Shown piece by piece: positions 54,240 through 63,974 of a stretch of 64,000 nucleotides of DNA (position 1 is the stretch's first letter; each line of letters begins with the position of its first letter). Below the pieces are notes generated by a model. It worked only from the letters and a program-made list of their open reading frames with translations, was not told the DNA's origin and did not search any database. The stretch is from a virus (Duplodnaviria > Caudoviricetes). The position numbers were made by a program, and so were the translations under genes. Location of the stretch: positions 1 through 64,000 of IMG/VR virus record IMGVR_UViG_2974767555_000001; one strand, 5' to 3'.

Positions 54240-54625
54240 TGGCCGATGACCTGACCGACCAGCAGATCGCCGACGCCATCGCCGCGATGGACGACCGATG
54301 GCACGGCGAGCCGGTCAGGTGCCAGTGTCCCGGGAAAGGCCACGGCGGCAGGGGATGCCAGGAGCCGGCCACCGTGGTGGTCGAACGTCACCTGGTGCAT
54401 CAGTGCAAGAGCGACGAAGCCAACCAGTGCGGCAACCGGGTCGAGGTCCTGTGTCTGGGGTGTGCCCAGGACCTGTGGCTGGCGGCTCACTCAGCCCTCG
54501 CGGTGATGCACCGCGCTGCGGCCCGTACTGGTGCACCACCGATCTGCACGTCGTGTCATGAGCTGATCGTTCGGCCGTCCGACATCGTGCGGTCGGTCAA
54601 GCGCAACGACGAGGGGGTGCGGTGA
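54239..54625 (+). CDS. Cys-rich hypothetical protein
   Basis: CQC..H...C, H..H.C, CLGC, CTSC. Confidence 0.6.
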   Translation: MADDLTDQQIADAIAAMDDRWHGEPVRCQCPGKGHGGRGCQEPATVVVERHLVHQCKSDEANQCGNRVEVLCLGCAQDLWLAAHSALAVMHRAAARTGAPPICTSCHELIVRPSDIVRSVKRNDEGVR

Positions 54626-54900
54626 TGTGGAGGCGGGATCAGTTGCACAAGTACAGGATTCGCAAGGCTGACCCTGACGAGCAGCCACCGTGGGTCAAGC
54701 AGCGGTTCGACCGTGACGCAAGCCGGTTCCACGGCGCGGCGGTTCACCCGCTGCCCCCCGCTGACCGGTGGTGGGTGTACGAACCGGGCAGCGTCGAGGT
54801 GTCGGCGTGCTGGCCGACCCACGCTGCCGCAGTGGAACACGTCAGGGGTCTGATCTGCCACCGGGTGGTCGGCGCGCACATGCGGAGGGTCGAGCAGTGA
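54622..54900 (+). CDS. Hypothetical protein
   Basis: Coupled junctions. Confidence 0.55.
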   Translation: MMWRRDQLHKYRIRKADPDEQPPWVKQRFDRDASRFHGAAVHPLPPADRWWVYEPGSVEVSACWPTHAAAVEHVRGLICHRVVGAHMRRVEQ

Positions 54901-55466
54901 TCATCGCGGGGATCGACCCATCGCTGACGAGCGCCGGTATCGCGGCGTTCCGTGACGGTCGGGTGGCCAAGCTGACATCTGTTGGCCGCACAGGAAGCAG
55001 CAGCGAGGACTACGACGACCGGTCAGACCGCATCGACTACCAGTCGCAGCTGGTGGTGTCGAGTCTGCCGCGCGGGGTCGAGCTGGTGATGATCGAGGGG
55101 CCAGCGTATGACGCCAACTACGGCAGCCAGTTCGACCGGGCTGGGTTGTGGCACTTCATCTATCGCCGGTTGAAGATCGCCCGCGTGCCGACCGTGGTGG
55201 TGCCCCCGACGGTGGCCAAGAAGTTCGCCACCGACAACGGCAACGCCAGCAAGAAGCTGATGACCGCCGCCGCCCGGGAGGTGTGGCACGACCTGCGTAT
55301 CCGCAACGGCGATGAGGCCGACGCGCTGTGGATCGGCGCGTACGGGGTGGCCGAGGTCGGTGACTGGTTGCCGTTCGACCTGACAGACAGCCAGAAGCTG
55401 GTGCTGAAAAAGAACAAGCTGGTGCCAAACAAGTTGGCCCACAACAAGAAACAAGGAGTCAAGTAA
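54897..55466 (+). CDS. RuvC-like Holliday junction resolvase
   Basis: IAGIDPSLTSAG, VMIEG, KKFAT.NGNASK, DEADA. Confidence 0.85.
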   Translation: MIIAGIDPSLTSAGIAAFRDGRVAKLTSVGRTGSSSEDYDDRSDRIDYQSQLVVSSLPRGVELVMIEGPAYDANYGSQFDRAGLWHFIYRRLKIARVPTVVVPPTVAKKFATDNGNASKKLMTAAAREVWHDLRIRNGDEADALWIGAYGVAEVGDWLPFDLTDSQKLVLKKNKLVPNKLAHNKKQGVK

Positions 55467-55834
55467 TGGAAGAGATCGGAGAGATCAACCCGAAAGCAAG
55501 GGCCGTTGTCGAGCAGCTGGTCCAGTCGTTCTCGCCTGCGGCCACCGCGATGATGACCGAGGCCGCTGTCGCCCGGGTCCGGTACCCGGCGTTCAACAGC
55601 GCTCACGAGGGGTGGGCCGTGTTGTACGAGGAGGTGGACGAGATGTGGGACGAGGTGCGGGCCGACAACCTGGAGCGCGCTATCGCCGAGGCAATCCAGG
55701 TCGGCGCGATGGCGATTCGGTTTGTCACCGAGATGCGGCAACGGCTCCATGGGGAGCGCACGGTGACCAACCCGTTCACCGGGGTCACTGACACGTACTA
55801 CCGAACCGACCAGGCCGCAACGGAGGCCGAGTGA
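55466..55834 (+). CDS. MazG-like nucleotide pyrophosphohydrolase domain protein
   Basis: HEGWAVLYEEVDEMWDEV...EAIQVGAMAIRF. Confidence 0.62.
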   Translation: MEEIGEINPKARAVVEQLVQSFSPAATAMMTEAAVARVRYPAFNSAHEGWAVLYEEVDEMWDEVRADNLERAIAEAIQVGAMAIRFVTEMRQRLHGERTVTNPFTGVTDTYYRTDQAATEAE

Positions 55835-56632
55835 TGTCCAACGTGTCGCGCCAGTTCCACGTGGGGGGTGGACGCCTGGAACCTGGCCCCGGTGCCCAGC
55901 GACAGGCTGGCCAAGCTGATGCGGGAGGTGACCGCGTTGAACGGGCGTCATCATCGGCCTGACAACGGCGAGCAGCGATTCGGCGTCGTGACGATGCCCG
56001 AGGGCACCGTGTTCTGGAACCGCAGCCGGTGGTGGCGCACCAGCGAGAACGGGCTGCACCAGTTGATCGTGCCGCTGTGGCACGACGACATTTGGCACGC
56101 CCACTACAACACCAGGGAGGACCGGGTGGCGGCGGCGGCCAAGTGCCAGTGCTACATCTGCCGTGCCCTGCTCGCTGACCCCGAATGGGTGGGGCTGTGG
56201 TCGCCCGACACACCCGAGTGGGACGGCTACTGCTGCGGGGGTGGGGCCAATCCTGGTCGCCACGAGTGGAACTGCCGCGTGCTCCGACAGTGGCAGAACA
56301 CCCGCGCCGCCCGACCGGCGATGTATCACTGTGAAGGCCCGTGCGGCAAGGCGTTCCCGTGGTTCGACCTGACGACGGTCAGCCAGTCACACACCACCAA
56401 CGGGACCGTGTGGTTCGACACCGTGGGGTTGTGCCGGGAATGCTTCTGGCAGCGACGGATGCACGACAACGAGTCACTGCTGAAGGTGTTCGTGGCCGAC
56501 CTGGGCGTGAACATCGAGACGCTGCTGTGGGTGCCGGTCGATGACCTGCCGGTCACCCCGCTGGGTGTGCTCGACCCGTCGTGGCAGGAGCTGGGGTTCA
56601 TCGACCGCACCGGGGACCGCGATGGGGAATAA
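55834..56632 (+). CDS. Hypothetical protein; coupled start at 55834 is out of frame with the main ORF (55868-56632) across a G6 run
   Basis: GGAGG RBS and TGATG at 55834; G6 at 55863-55868; main frame Cys/Trp-rich. Confidence 0.5.
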
Positions 56633-57374
56633 GCCGGTCGTGGCGCGCCCGCTGACGCCGCGCGAGCAGTGGCAGCGTGACCGTGACCGGTACCTGGCGC
56701 GCAAGGCCCGCAACGAGTTCCTGTTGCTGCCCGGGTCGGCCCTGGTGATCGACACCCCACCCGTGGCCGTGTTGACCGACGGGGTGGTGGACAAGCCGCT
56801 TCAGACCCTCGACACCCGGCTGACCAGTCGCGGTGAGGCCGTGTTGAACAGCCTGCTGCTGTCGTGGGCCGACAGCTCGAACCGGCCCGTGGTCGAGCAC
56901 TGGATGGCCCTGCAGCTACGGGGGATGGTCGCCGCGCCGGATGATCTGCCGCACAACCTGCGACCCGACGAGGGTGGGGCCTATTGGTTGTGCGGCAACG
57001 AGGTCTACCTGTGGACCGGGGGCCGGTACGCCATCGTGACCCTGCCCCCACCCGAACCGCAGCACGTGATCACCACCGACCGACCGCTGACCGGCGACCA
57101 GGTGGAGCAGGTACGGGACGCCTGGAACGGCACCCAACTTCAGACCTGGGGCGGGGAACTGGTTGCGGCACCACAACGGCCAGCACCGCCACCGGCACCG
57201 GTACGCCACGCCCGCTACTACCAGCAGCAGGACCTGACGGCAATCGGTCCCTGCCCCCGCTGTGGGGCCATCGACGTGCACTGGCTGCGACCACCTGAGC
57301 TGCCGCACCCGGAGCCGGAACCAGAAGTGATCAGGACGTGCCGCGACTGCGGCCAGGAATGGGGCGAGAAGTGA
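56622..57374 (+). CDS. Hypothetical protein with C-terminal Zn ribbon
   Basis: CPRCG...H...RTCRDCG.EW. Confidence 0.62.
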   Translation: MGNKPVVARPLTPREQWQRDRDRYLARKARNEFLLLPGSALVIDTPPVAVLTDGVVDKPLQTLDTRLTSRGEAVLNSLLLSWADSSNRPVVEHWMALQLRGMVAAPDDLPHNLRPDEGGAYWLCGNEVYLWTGGRYAIVTLPPPEPQHVITTDRPLTGDQVEQVRDAWNGTQLQTWGGELVAAPQRPAPPPAPVRHARYYQQQDLTAIGPCPRCGAIDVHWLRPPELPHPEPEPEVIRTCRDCGQEWGEK

Positions 57375-57853
57375 CGACGACATTGATCAACGGACGCAAG
57401 GTGATTCAGATTAGGGCCGGTGACAGTCTGGTGTACCTCCAGCGGGAGGGTCAGGACCGCAAGCGGCCCATGCTTTTTGACCTGGAGTACACCCACAAGG
57501 AGTGGATGAGGCTGGTCAACGGCACCGACCCGCTGTCGCCGGGGGACCAACTGTTCTTCCCCCACGACTTCGGCCAGGCGTGGGTCAGTGTCGAGCTGAA
57601 GACAGAGAAGCTGTGGGACTACTGGGCACAAACCGTATCCCGCCATTTTCCGGCCTACCCGATGACCTGCCCCGCGCTGACGGCCACGTTCGCGGCGCGT
57701 GACACCTGCCTTTGTTGCGACACAAACGATCTGCACCACGTCGAGATGCCTGACCTGACACCGGATCCCGGTTGGGCGGTCATCTCTCGTCGCTATGTCC
57801 TGCGACAGTGCATTACGTGCGACAACCATTGGGAACAGGAGTGTCAGTGGTGA
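57371..57853 (+). CDS. Hypothetical protein with C-terminal Zn ribbon
   Basis: CLCC...H...RQCITC. Confidence 0.62.
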   Translation: MTTTLINGRKVIQIRAGDSLVYLQREGQDRKRPMLFDLEYTHKEWMRLVNGTDPLSPGDQLFFPHDFGQAWVSVELKTEKLWDYWAQTVSRHFPAYPMTCPALTATFAARDTCLCCDTNDLHHVEMPDLTPDPGWAVISRRYVLRQCITCDNHWEQECQW

Positions 57854-58875
57854 CCGAGGACCACCACCGGTGCCGGTCGGCCGGCAACTGCGTCAACGCC
57901 GACACCAAGGGCACCGACGAAGAGGGACGGACGATTCGGCGCGGCGCGCTGGTCGTGGACGGGCTGCTGTGCGACGGGTGCCTGCTGCGGGTCCAGCGGT
58001 CGGTGCGCTACATGGCCAAGGACTGGCTGCGTCTGCGTAACCACCTGGGCCACCGGGCAACCAGCGACACCGACAAGGTGGGTGGGACACGCACGCCGGG
58101 GATTCCGCTAAACACGCAGGTCGAGGCACTGATGTCGCGGATGGTCGAGCTGGCCGAGCACGCCTGCGCGATGGTCGGCAAACCCGTTGGTGCATCACGT
58201 GGCCGCAGCGAGCAGCGCGACGCCCAGGTGATCAACCATGCCGCCCAGTACCTGACGCCCCGGGTCGGGCGACTGCTGGAGGTGCCGCCGACCGAGCTGC
58301 TGGTGTGGGCACCGATCCCTGACGGCGACAGCGGGTGGGATGACAAGGGGGGCCAGCCCCGCGAACGGGTCGAGATGTCGGGCCTAGACATCGCCGCCCA
58401 GATCGTCCGTGCAAACCGGCGCGTCGGCCAGCTTCTGGGCAAAGACCGGCTTCGACATCACTACGCACTTCCGTGCCCCGCGATGGACGCGCGTGGCCGG
58501 TACTGCGGGGCAATGACAGTGGGCCGCGACGACGGTGAGGCCCGGGTCAACTGCACCACGTGCGGCGCGTCATGGACTGACGCCGAGTACGAGTTTCTGT
58601 CCGGTCTGGTGTTGGACGAAATCAAGTTACGGGAGGAAAACGACATGCTGCGATACCTACTGGCAGAGGCGTATTGGCGTCTCGACACCTTGCAGCTCCG
58701 CGCTGATGCGCTGGCTGAGCAGTGGGAGGCACTGGTCGCACTGCTGGAGGCAGACCCCACCAAAGCGGTCGAGGTCGCCGGTCTGATCCGCGAACAGTTG
58801 ACCGAGGTGCTGACCCTCGGCGACCAGCCGCACCCGGCCCCGGCTGACCGGGTGCCAGCAACGAGGTCAGCATGA
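57850..58875 (+). CDS. Hypothetical protein with Zn-binding motifs
   Basis: CRS..NC, LCDGC, PCP...C, CTTCG. Confidence 0.68.
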   Translation: MTEDHHRCRSAGNCVNADTKGTDEEGRTIRRGALVVDGLLCDGCLLRVQRSVRYMAKDWLRLRNHLGHRATSDTDKVGGTRTPGIPLNTQVEALMSRMVELAEHACAMVGKPVGASRGRSEQRDAQVINHAAQYLTPRVGRLLEVPPTELLVWAPIPDGDSGWDDKGGQPRERVEMSGLDIAAQIVRANRRVGQLLGKDRLRHHYALPCPAMDARGRYCGAMTVGRDDGEARVNCTTCGASWTDAEYEFLSGLVLDEIKLREENDMLRYLLAEAYWRLDTLQLRADALAEQWEALVALLEADPTKAVEVAGLIREQLTEVLTLGDQPHPAPADRVPATRSA

Positions 58876-59093
58876 GTGACAACGCATTCGACGCCCGGTA
58901 CTCCGGGGTGTGCGGGGCGTGTGGCGAGCGCTACCGGTTGGGCACCCTGATCCGGTACACCGAGGACGACGGATACATCCATGCCCCAACGTGTCCCGAA
59001 CCGGAGACCGAAGACGAACCCGACCTGTCGTGTGAGGGCCACGGTCACCTGTGCCCCTACTGCCAGACCTATCACCGAGGGGAGTGCTGGTGA
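58872..59093 (+). CDS. Small Cys/His protein
   Basis: CGACG, CPYC...HRGEC. Confidence 0.58.
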   Translation: MSDNAFDARYSGVCGACGERYRLGTLIRYTEDDGYIHAPTCPEPETEDEPDLSCEGHGHLCPYCQTYHRGECW

Positions 59094-59338
59094 TGGACGT
59101 TTACGTGGTGCTCTACCTGGGGCCGCTGACACCTCACGTGGTGGGGGTAAGCGCCAAACTTCAAGGGGCCGAACTGATCCGCGCTAACGTGGCAACCAAG
59201 CGGGCCGACGATGACTACCTGTGGCACCAACACGGTCGCAGTGACGTGGTGGACCGCGACACCGCGCTGTGGCGCAACTGCTACCGCGCCGCCTACGACC
59301 ACATGACGGTCAGCAACCACGACCTGAAGGACGACTGA
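59093..59338 (+). CDS. Hypothetical protein
   Basis: TGATG start. Confidence 0.55.
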   Translation: MDVYVVLYLGPLTPHVVGVSAKLQGAELIRANVATKRADDDYLWHQHGRSDVVDRDTALWRNCYRAAYDHMTVSNHDLKDD

Positions 59339-59601
59339 TGCGGCCAAACAGGATTCACTACGTGCGTGACGGTCAGGTGACCCCGGTTGAGCTGACCCCG
59401 ATGACCGACCCGCCTGACGACGGCCTCGAGCATTGGGTGTCGAGCACCGACCTGCTCAAGGGCGACCAGTTACGCATCGAGCAACTGACCAAGGACACGG
59501 CGATCCACTTCCAGGGGTGCATCATCGTGTACGCCAACGGTGCCGTGTTCATGACCGGCCAGAAGGGCAGCATCGACATCATCGGCGGGAGCGACCAGTG
59601 A
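59338..59601 (+). CDS. Hypothetical protein
   Basis: TGATG start. Confidence 0.55.
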   Translation: MRPNRIHYVRDGQVTPVELTPMTDPPDDGLEHWVSSTDLLKGDQLRIEQLTKDTAIHFQGCIIVYANGAVFMTGQKGSIDIIGGSDQ

Positions 59602-59885
59602 CCGCCAAGGGGCAGCACCGGTCACGCAGGCGCGGGTGGCGGTACCGGGGGGTCCACCACACCAGGCGCGGCGCGCTGACCGTCGCCGACATCAAGAACT
59701 CGTTGCGGCCCAACGACGGCCAGATGATCCACCTGGGGTCGGTCATCAAGAACGTGACGTTCTTTGGTCTGCCACCCGACGCCGACCCGAGCATGGTCGA
59801 GGCGACTCTGACCCTGGTGGGTGACGAGCCGACGCTGACCATCGCCGCGCTGACGGGACCGCCCGGGCCGGGGGCGGGGTCGTGA
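59598..59885 (+). CDS. Hypothetical protein
   Basis: GTGA overlap. Confidence 0.5.
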   Translation: MTAKGQHRSRRRGWRYRGVHHTRRGALTVADIKNSLRPNDGQMIHLGSVIKNVTFFGLPPDADPSMVEATLTLVGDEPTLTIAALTGPPGPGAGS

Positions 59886-60304
59886 TCCGCGTGCTGGTGA
59901 TCGCTGCTGCCGCAATGCTGGCCGCCACCCCGACCGCGCACGCCAGCCCCGTCAGGCCCGACACTGCCCGGGTGGAGCGCTACGTGCGCGCCCACTACCC
60001 GGAGGTCGGGACCATCGGCACCGTTCGCTCCGACCGGCTGCCCGACCACCCGTCAGGACGTGCCTGTGACCTGATGGTGCCCGGGTGGGACACCCCGGAG
60101 GGCAAGGCGCTGGGTGACCGTATGGCTGATGACCTGCTGGCCAACGCTGGCCCGCTGGGGATCAAGTACGTGATCTGGAGGCAGGAGTACCGGACCCCTG
60201 GTGGTGTGCGTCGGCGAATGGCCAACCGGGGCAACGCCACCCAGAACCATTACAACCACGTCCACGTCACCACCTGGGGCGACCAGGGAACGGAGGCGCT
60301 GTGA
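59882..60304 (+). CDS. Secreted putative peptidoglycan peptidase
   Basis: Signal peptide ending AHA-SP; DHPSGRACD, YVIW, HYNHVHV. Confidence 0.7.
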   Translation: MIRVLVIAAAAMLAATPTAHASPVRPDTARVERYVRAHYPEVGTIGTVRSDRLPDHPSGRACDLMVPGWDTPEGKALGDRMADDLLANAGPLGIKYVIWRQEYRTPGGVRRRMANRGNATQNHYNHVHVTTWGDQGTEAL

Positions 60305-60822
60305 TGCCGGTTATCCCGCCGCTGTGCCTGCCGCGCCCAACCAAGCGGCCCCGCGATGACGGCGCGTGGCGCATCGGGGAACCGTGGGACCCGTTCGCTT
60401 GGGTGCCTGACAACTTCCGTTGGTGGCGTAAGCATCTGGCCGACTCCGACCGGGTGGTGTACCAGCTGACCGACGACAACCAGGCCGTACACCTGTGGGT
60501 GGAGCTGGGCGACGGGCGTAGGGTGCCAATCCCTTCCACGCTGCACGCCCGCGCCCGGGTGATCACCACCCACCTGACACCCACGTGGGAGTACGCCGAC
60601 CGGATGATCGGCAGCGCGCGCCTGGCCGTCGATCTGCTGACCAACTACCCGCCGCACCAACTGATCCCGTGGCGACCGCTGACCGACCCGGGTGACCACA
60701 ACCCGCCACCCGACGAGCGCGAGCAGAGCCACCGCTACGGGCCAACGTTCAACAGACACCAGGAGTCCACGTGGTTGCCGCCCAACCGACAGGACCTGGA
60801 CCGCATCAGGTTCGGCCGCTGA
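60301..60822 (+). CDS. Hypothetical Pro/Trp-rich protein
   Basis: Coupled junctions. Confidence 0.55.
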   Translation: MMPVIPPLCLPRPTKRPRDDGAWRIGEPWDPFAWVPDNFRWWRKHLADSDRVVYQLTDDNQAVHLWVELGDGRRVPIPSTLHARARVITTHLTPTWEYADRMIGSARLAVDLLTNYPPHQLIPWRPLTDPGDHNPPPDEREQSHRYGPTFNRHQESTWLPPNRQDLDRIRFGR

Positions 60823-60879
60823 TGGGGTGGTGGATCATCGGAGCGAAACACCTACTGCCGCAACAGGAAACGAGGAGCA

Positions 60880-61032
60880 ATGACACTGTGGAATCGCCGT
60901 CGCTGGCGTCGCATCAGGGGGCCGAAGATCAGTCTCTGGGACGCCGACACGAACAGGGTCGCCGTGATGCATGACCCGTGGGTGGAGTCGTGGCCGTCGT
61001 GGGTCAAGCGGATGATTCGGAGGCTTTTGTGA
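60880..61032 (+). CDS. Small basic protein (50 aa)
   Basis: Read by hand: GAGGAG RBS; TGA overlaps the next GTG. Confidence 0.45.
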   Translation: MTLWNRRRWRRIRGPKISLWDADTNRVAVMHDPWVESWPSWVKRMIRRLL

Positions 61033-61367
61033 GCACACTGGTCTACACCAGCGAGCGCCGCGAGCCGAAACCACGGCCCCGCAACGCACGTGAAGCGATG
61101 AACCGTATCGCCGAGACCAAGGGGTGGGAGGTCACCCTGGGGATCAAGGAGTGCGGCCACCACTGGTCGATCTACCGCCGCGAGGAGTGGTCGATCAGGG
61201 TGGACTGGACGTTTGGCCAGCACGTCCGTTATGCGACACTGCGTTCCACGACCGACCGCCGCAAGGACCAGGAGTGCCCCACCCTGGCCGACAGGCAGCG
61301 CAGCCACAACGCCCGGTTCGCGTGGGTGGCCGACCTGCTGTACCGGCTGGGGGTGAGCAATGACTGA
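61029..61367 (+). CDS. Hypothetical protein
   Basis: GTGA overlap. Confidence 0.55.
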   Translation: MSTLVYTSERREPKPRPRNAREAMNRIAETKGWEVTLGIKECGHHWSIYRREEWSIRVDWTFGQHVRYATLRSTTDRRKDQECPTLADRQRSHNARFAWVADLLYRLGVSND

Positions 61368-61818
61368 GCCGCACGACCCGCTGTGGAACGCAATGACTGC
61401 CGCTGACGGCGAGCCGGTCGAGCAGCCCAAGGTGTGGCGGTACCCGGGTGACACCGCCGAGGACAAGGCCAAACGTGTTGCGCTGTCGTACCGGCGACTG
61501 GCCGAGGCGCTCGACCCGGGCGCTGTCGCCCAGCTGGACCGCCAGTGGCAGGACCAGGGGGTGTACTGGACGGTGCCCTCCGATGACCCCATCGACACCG
61601 ACGCCTGGCTGACCGCTGGTGAGATGGTCACCCACCTCAAGCATCTGGTCGCGCTGAACGAACAGCAGATCAGGCAGATGGCCTACCGGAAACGCAAGGG
61701 CGGGGACGGAATCGTGGAGGACAAGGGGGCTGACGGTCGTCCCCGGTACAACGTCGGCGACCTGCTGGCCTACATGATGCGACAGCGGAATCGTCGGAGC
61801 GGCAGGGAATCAGCATGA
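61360..61818 (+). CDS. HTH DNA-binding protein (MerR-like)
   Basis: WLTAGEM...QIRQMAYR...GRPRYNVGD. Confidence 0.62.
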   Translation: MTEPHDPLWNAMTAADGEPVEQPKVWRYPGDTAEDKAKRVALSYRRLAEALDPGAVAQLDRQWQDQGVYWTVPSDDPIDTDAWLTAGEMVTHLKHLVALNEQQIRQMAYRKRKGGDGIVEDKGADGRPRYNVGDLLAYMMRQRNRRSGRESA

Positions 61819-62729
61819 CCGACGAGCAATGGGTACCAGACGAGGCGTGGCGGCGCACGTGGCAGACGGCAGCTCTGGCCGACCTGGACCGCGAGGAACG
61901 AGCGATGGAGGAGATTCGCCAACGGGCCGGATCAACGGCCCCGCAGCGCAACCCGGAGCAGTCGGTCATCGACGCCATCGACGCGCTGGTGAACGAGTCG
62001 CTGGAGGCCGGTCCCCGCGACGATTACAACAAGCCGTACGCCGAGCGGTGCCCGCAGTGCGACGGTCCGTGGCACGGTCTGAAGCGCGGTGACTGCCCCG
62101 GGGCGACCGGTATCGAGGGACGCCCTGACGAGGACGCCAAGCGCGAGGGCGACGTGTTCGCGCCCGATTACGACAGCGGGTCGAACCCGTTGGCCAGCTA
62201 CGCCGACCACATGGAGCGCTATGGGCGCGCGATGGGTTGGTTGACCAGCCCCCACCACGTGCCGCCCGACCAGCGTCCACCCCACGGGCCTGACCAGTAC
62301 CCGTACCGGCAGCGGTTCGCCGTCCACGGTGACCGTGTGATCCACGTCGATTCCTTGCCCGGTCTGTCGCGCGAAGTGCAGGCCGCGCAATGGGATCGGG
62401 ACGACATGACGATGCACGTGGTCACCCTCGACGTGGTGGAGATCAAGTGTCGGGTCACCCCCTGCCTGGAGTACCCGATCAGGAGCTACGCCTGGACGTT
62501 TGAGGTGTACAGCAACTGCCGCGGCGAGACCCATCGGACAGCGCTGACCATGACCCGGGAGTTCCTTGTCTCCGTACCGGCGCGGACACCGGTCACGCGG
62601 GTTCCGTTGGTGCACCTGGGTGTAGACGGAGAGCTGCGCGTGATGGAAGGTGGAACGGTCGTGCTGGTTGTGCCGATGGGGGAGGTCCCGGACGTGGTGC
62701 TGGGGTTCCTCGGTCAGGCGGGGCGATGA
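61815..62729 (+). CDS. Hypothetical protein
   Basis: CPQCDGPWHG motif; coupled. Confidence 0.62.
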   Translation: MTDEQWVPDEAWRRTWQTAALADLDREERAMEEIRQRAGSTAPQRNPEQSVIDAIDALVNESLEAGPRDDYNKPYAERCPQCDGPWHGLKRGDCPGATGIEGRPDEDAKREGDVFAPDYDSGSNPLASYADHMERYGRAMGWLTSPHHVPPDQRPPHGPDQYPYRQRFAVHGDRVIHVDSLPGLSREVQAAQWDRDDMTMHVVTLDVVEIKCRVTPCLEYPIRSYAWTFEVYSNCRGETHRTALTMTREFLVSVPARTPVTRVPLVHLGVDGELRVMEGGTVVLVVPMGEVPDVVLGFLGQAGR

Positions 62730-62992
62730 AGCTGTCACGTCGGGAGCGTGAGGTGTTGCGCGCGCTGGCCAAGCAGACGACCTGGCCGGCCCGCACCACC
62801 ACGGGGTGGATCGGCGCTGCGGCGCAACAGGATTGGGTACCGGACACGCGGAAGGTGTTGGCACGCCTAGCGGGCCTGGGGTTGGTCGAGGACCAGTCGG
62901 CGCGACACATCGCCCAGGTGGGGGGCCGGGTCACGATGGCCACCGGGTCCCGGTTCCAGATCACCGACCGGGGGCGCGAGGTGGTCGCATGA
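62726..62992 (+). CDS. Winged-HTH-like protein
   Basis: LSRREREVL...LARLAGLGLVE...FQITDRGR. Confidence 0.62.
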   Translation: MKLSRREREVLRALAKQTTWPARTTTGWIGAAAQQDWVPDTRKVLARLAGLGLVEDQSARHIAQVGGRVTMATGSRFQITDRGREVVA

Positions 62993-63147
62993 GGTGCCCG
63001 TTCTGCGGTCAGTTCTCGCTGACGTTCGACTTGCTGCGACTCCAGTACACGTGCCATGTGTACGGGTCGGTGATCAACGTTGAGGTCATGCCGGTCGGCG
63101 ACCGGTCGTGCGACCCGGGTCGCCATCCATGCACGCTGGGCGTTTAG
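62989..63147 (+). CDS. Small Cys-containing protein
   Basis: RCPFCG; ATGA overlap. Confidence 0.45.
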   Translation: MRCPFCGQFSLTFDLLRLQYTCHVYGSVINVEVMPVGDRSCDPGRHPCTLGV

Positions 63148-63155
63148 GCAGTTCG

Positions 63156-63219
63156 TTGCGGGTGGGCCGTCTAGTGAGCTATAAAAGTGTCATCAGCGGG
63201 GCCGGTACCGACCAGCCCC
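63156..63219 (+). promoter_or_regulatory. Promoter-stem-loop cassette, copy G
   Basis: TTGCGG-N18-TATAAA; hairpin 63198-63219; GGAGGG RBS. Confidence 0.85.
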
Positions 63220-63239
63220 CAGGACCCCCGGAGGGAACG

Positions 63240-63974
63240 ATGACCACCATGACCGCCGCCACCACCAACGTCAAGTACCGTGGCCGCACCTACCAGGTGA
63301 CCAGCTACGTGGACCCCCACCCGGGTCGCAAGACGACCGACCGCGTGGACGACGGCCCGTGTGGGAAGTGCGGGGGGTCGGGTGTCTACACGGGCCGGTC
63401 GGGTCTGAAGTGGGGCATCATGACCGGTCGCAAGGTCACCGTGAACACCTGGTGCTTTGAGTGCGACGGATCGGGCCGGTCGATCACCACCGTCGCCCGC
63501 GCACGCCGCGCCGCCAAGATCGAAGCCGTGTGGCGCGAGTACGGCGAGCAGATCACCGCCGAGGAGGACGCAGCGCGCGAAATCGCATACGCCGCCGACC
63601 GTTTGCGCCAGCAGATGGAAGCGTGGGACGAGGCCCACGCTGAGAACGAGCGCCGCGCCGGTCTGAACAACACCCTGATGGGCCAACCCGGTGACAAGCT
63701 CAAGGACATCGAGGTGACCGTCGAGGTCGCCAAGACCGTCGAGGTGCCCGGGTTCCGCTACGGTACCGACCTGAAGAAGTTCGTGGTGTTGAAGACCGCA
63801 GATGGCCAGGTGGCCAAGGTGTTTGGTACCAGCGCCAGCCTGTGGAGCTTGGAGCGCGGTGACCGCGCGATCATCAAGAGCGCCACCGTCAAGGGTGAGG
63901 ACGAGTGGAACGGTCAGGTCCAGACCACCCTGACCCGGGTCAAGGTCGAGCGCATCGACACCGACGAGGAGTGA
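63240..63974 (+). CDS. Protein with DnaJ-type CxxCxGxG Zn motifs and C-terminal OB-fold-like domain
   Basis: CGKCGGSG, CFECDGSG; beta-rich C-terminus ...QTTLTRVKV. Confidence 0.68.
   Translation: MTTMTAATTNVKYRGRTYQVTSYVDPHPGRKTTDRVDDGPCGKCGGSGVYTGRSGLKWGIMTGRKVTVNTWCFECDGSGRSITTVARARRAAKIEAVWREYGEQITAEEDAAREIAYAADRLRQQMEAWDEAHAENERRAGLNNTLMGQPGDKLKDIEVTVEVAKTVEVPGFRYGTDLKKFVVLKTADGQVAKVFGTSASLWSLERGDRAIIKSATVKGEDEWNGQVQTTLTRVKVERIDTDEE

Noticed and set aside
60822-60974. Alternative coupled ORF MGWWIIGAKH...
   Set aside because: Conflicts with the ORF at 60880, which has a strong GAGGAG RBS and couples to the next gene
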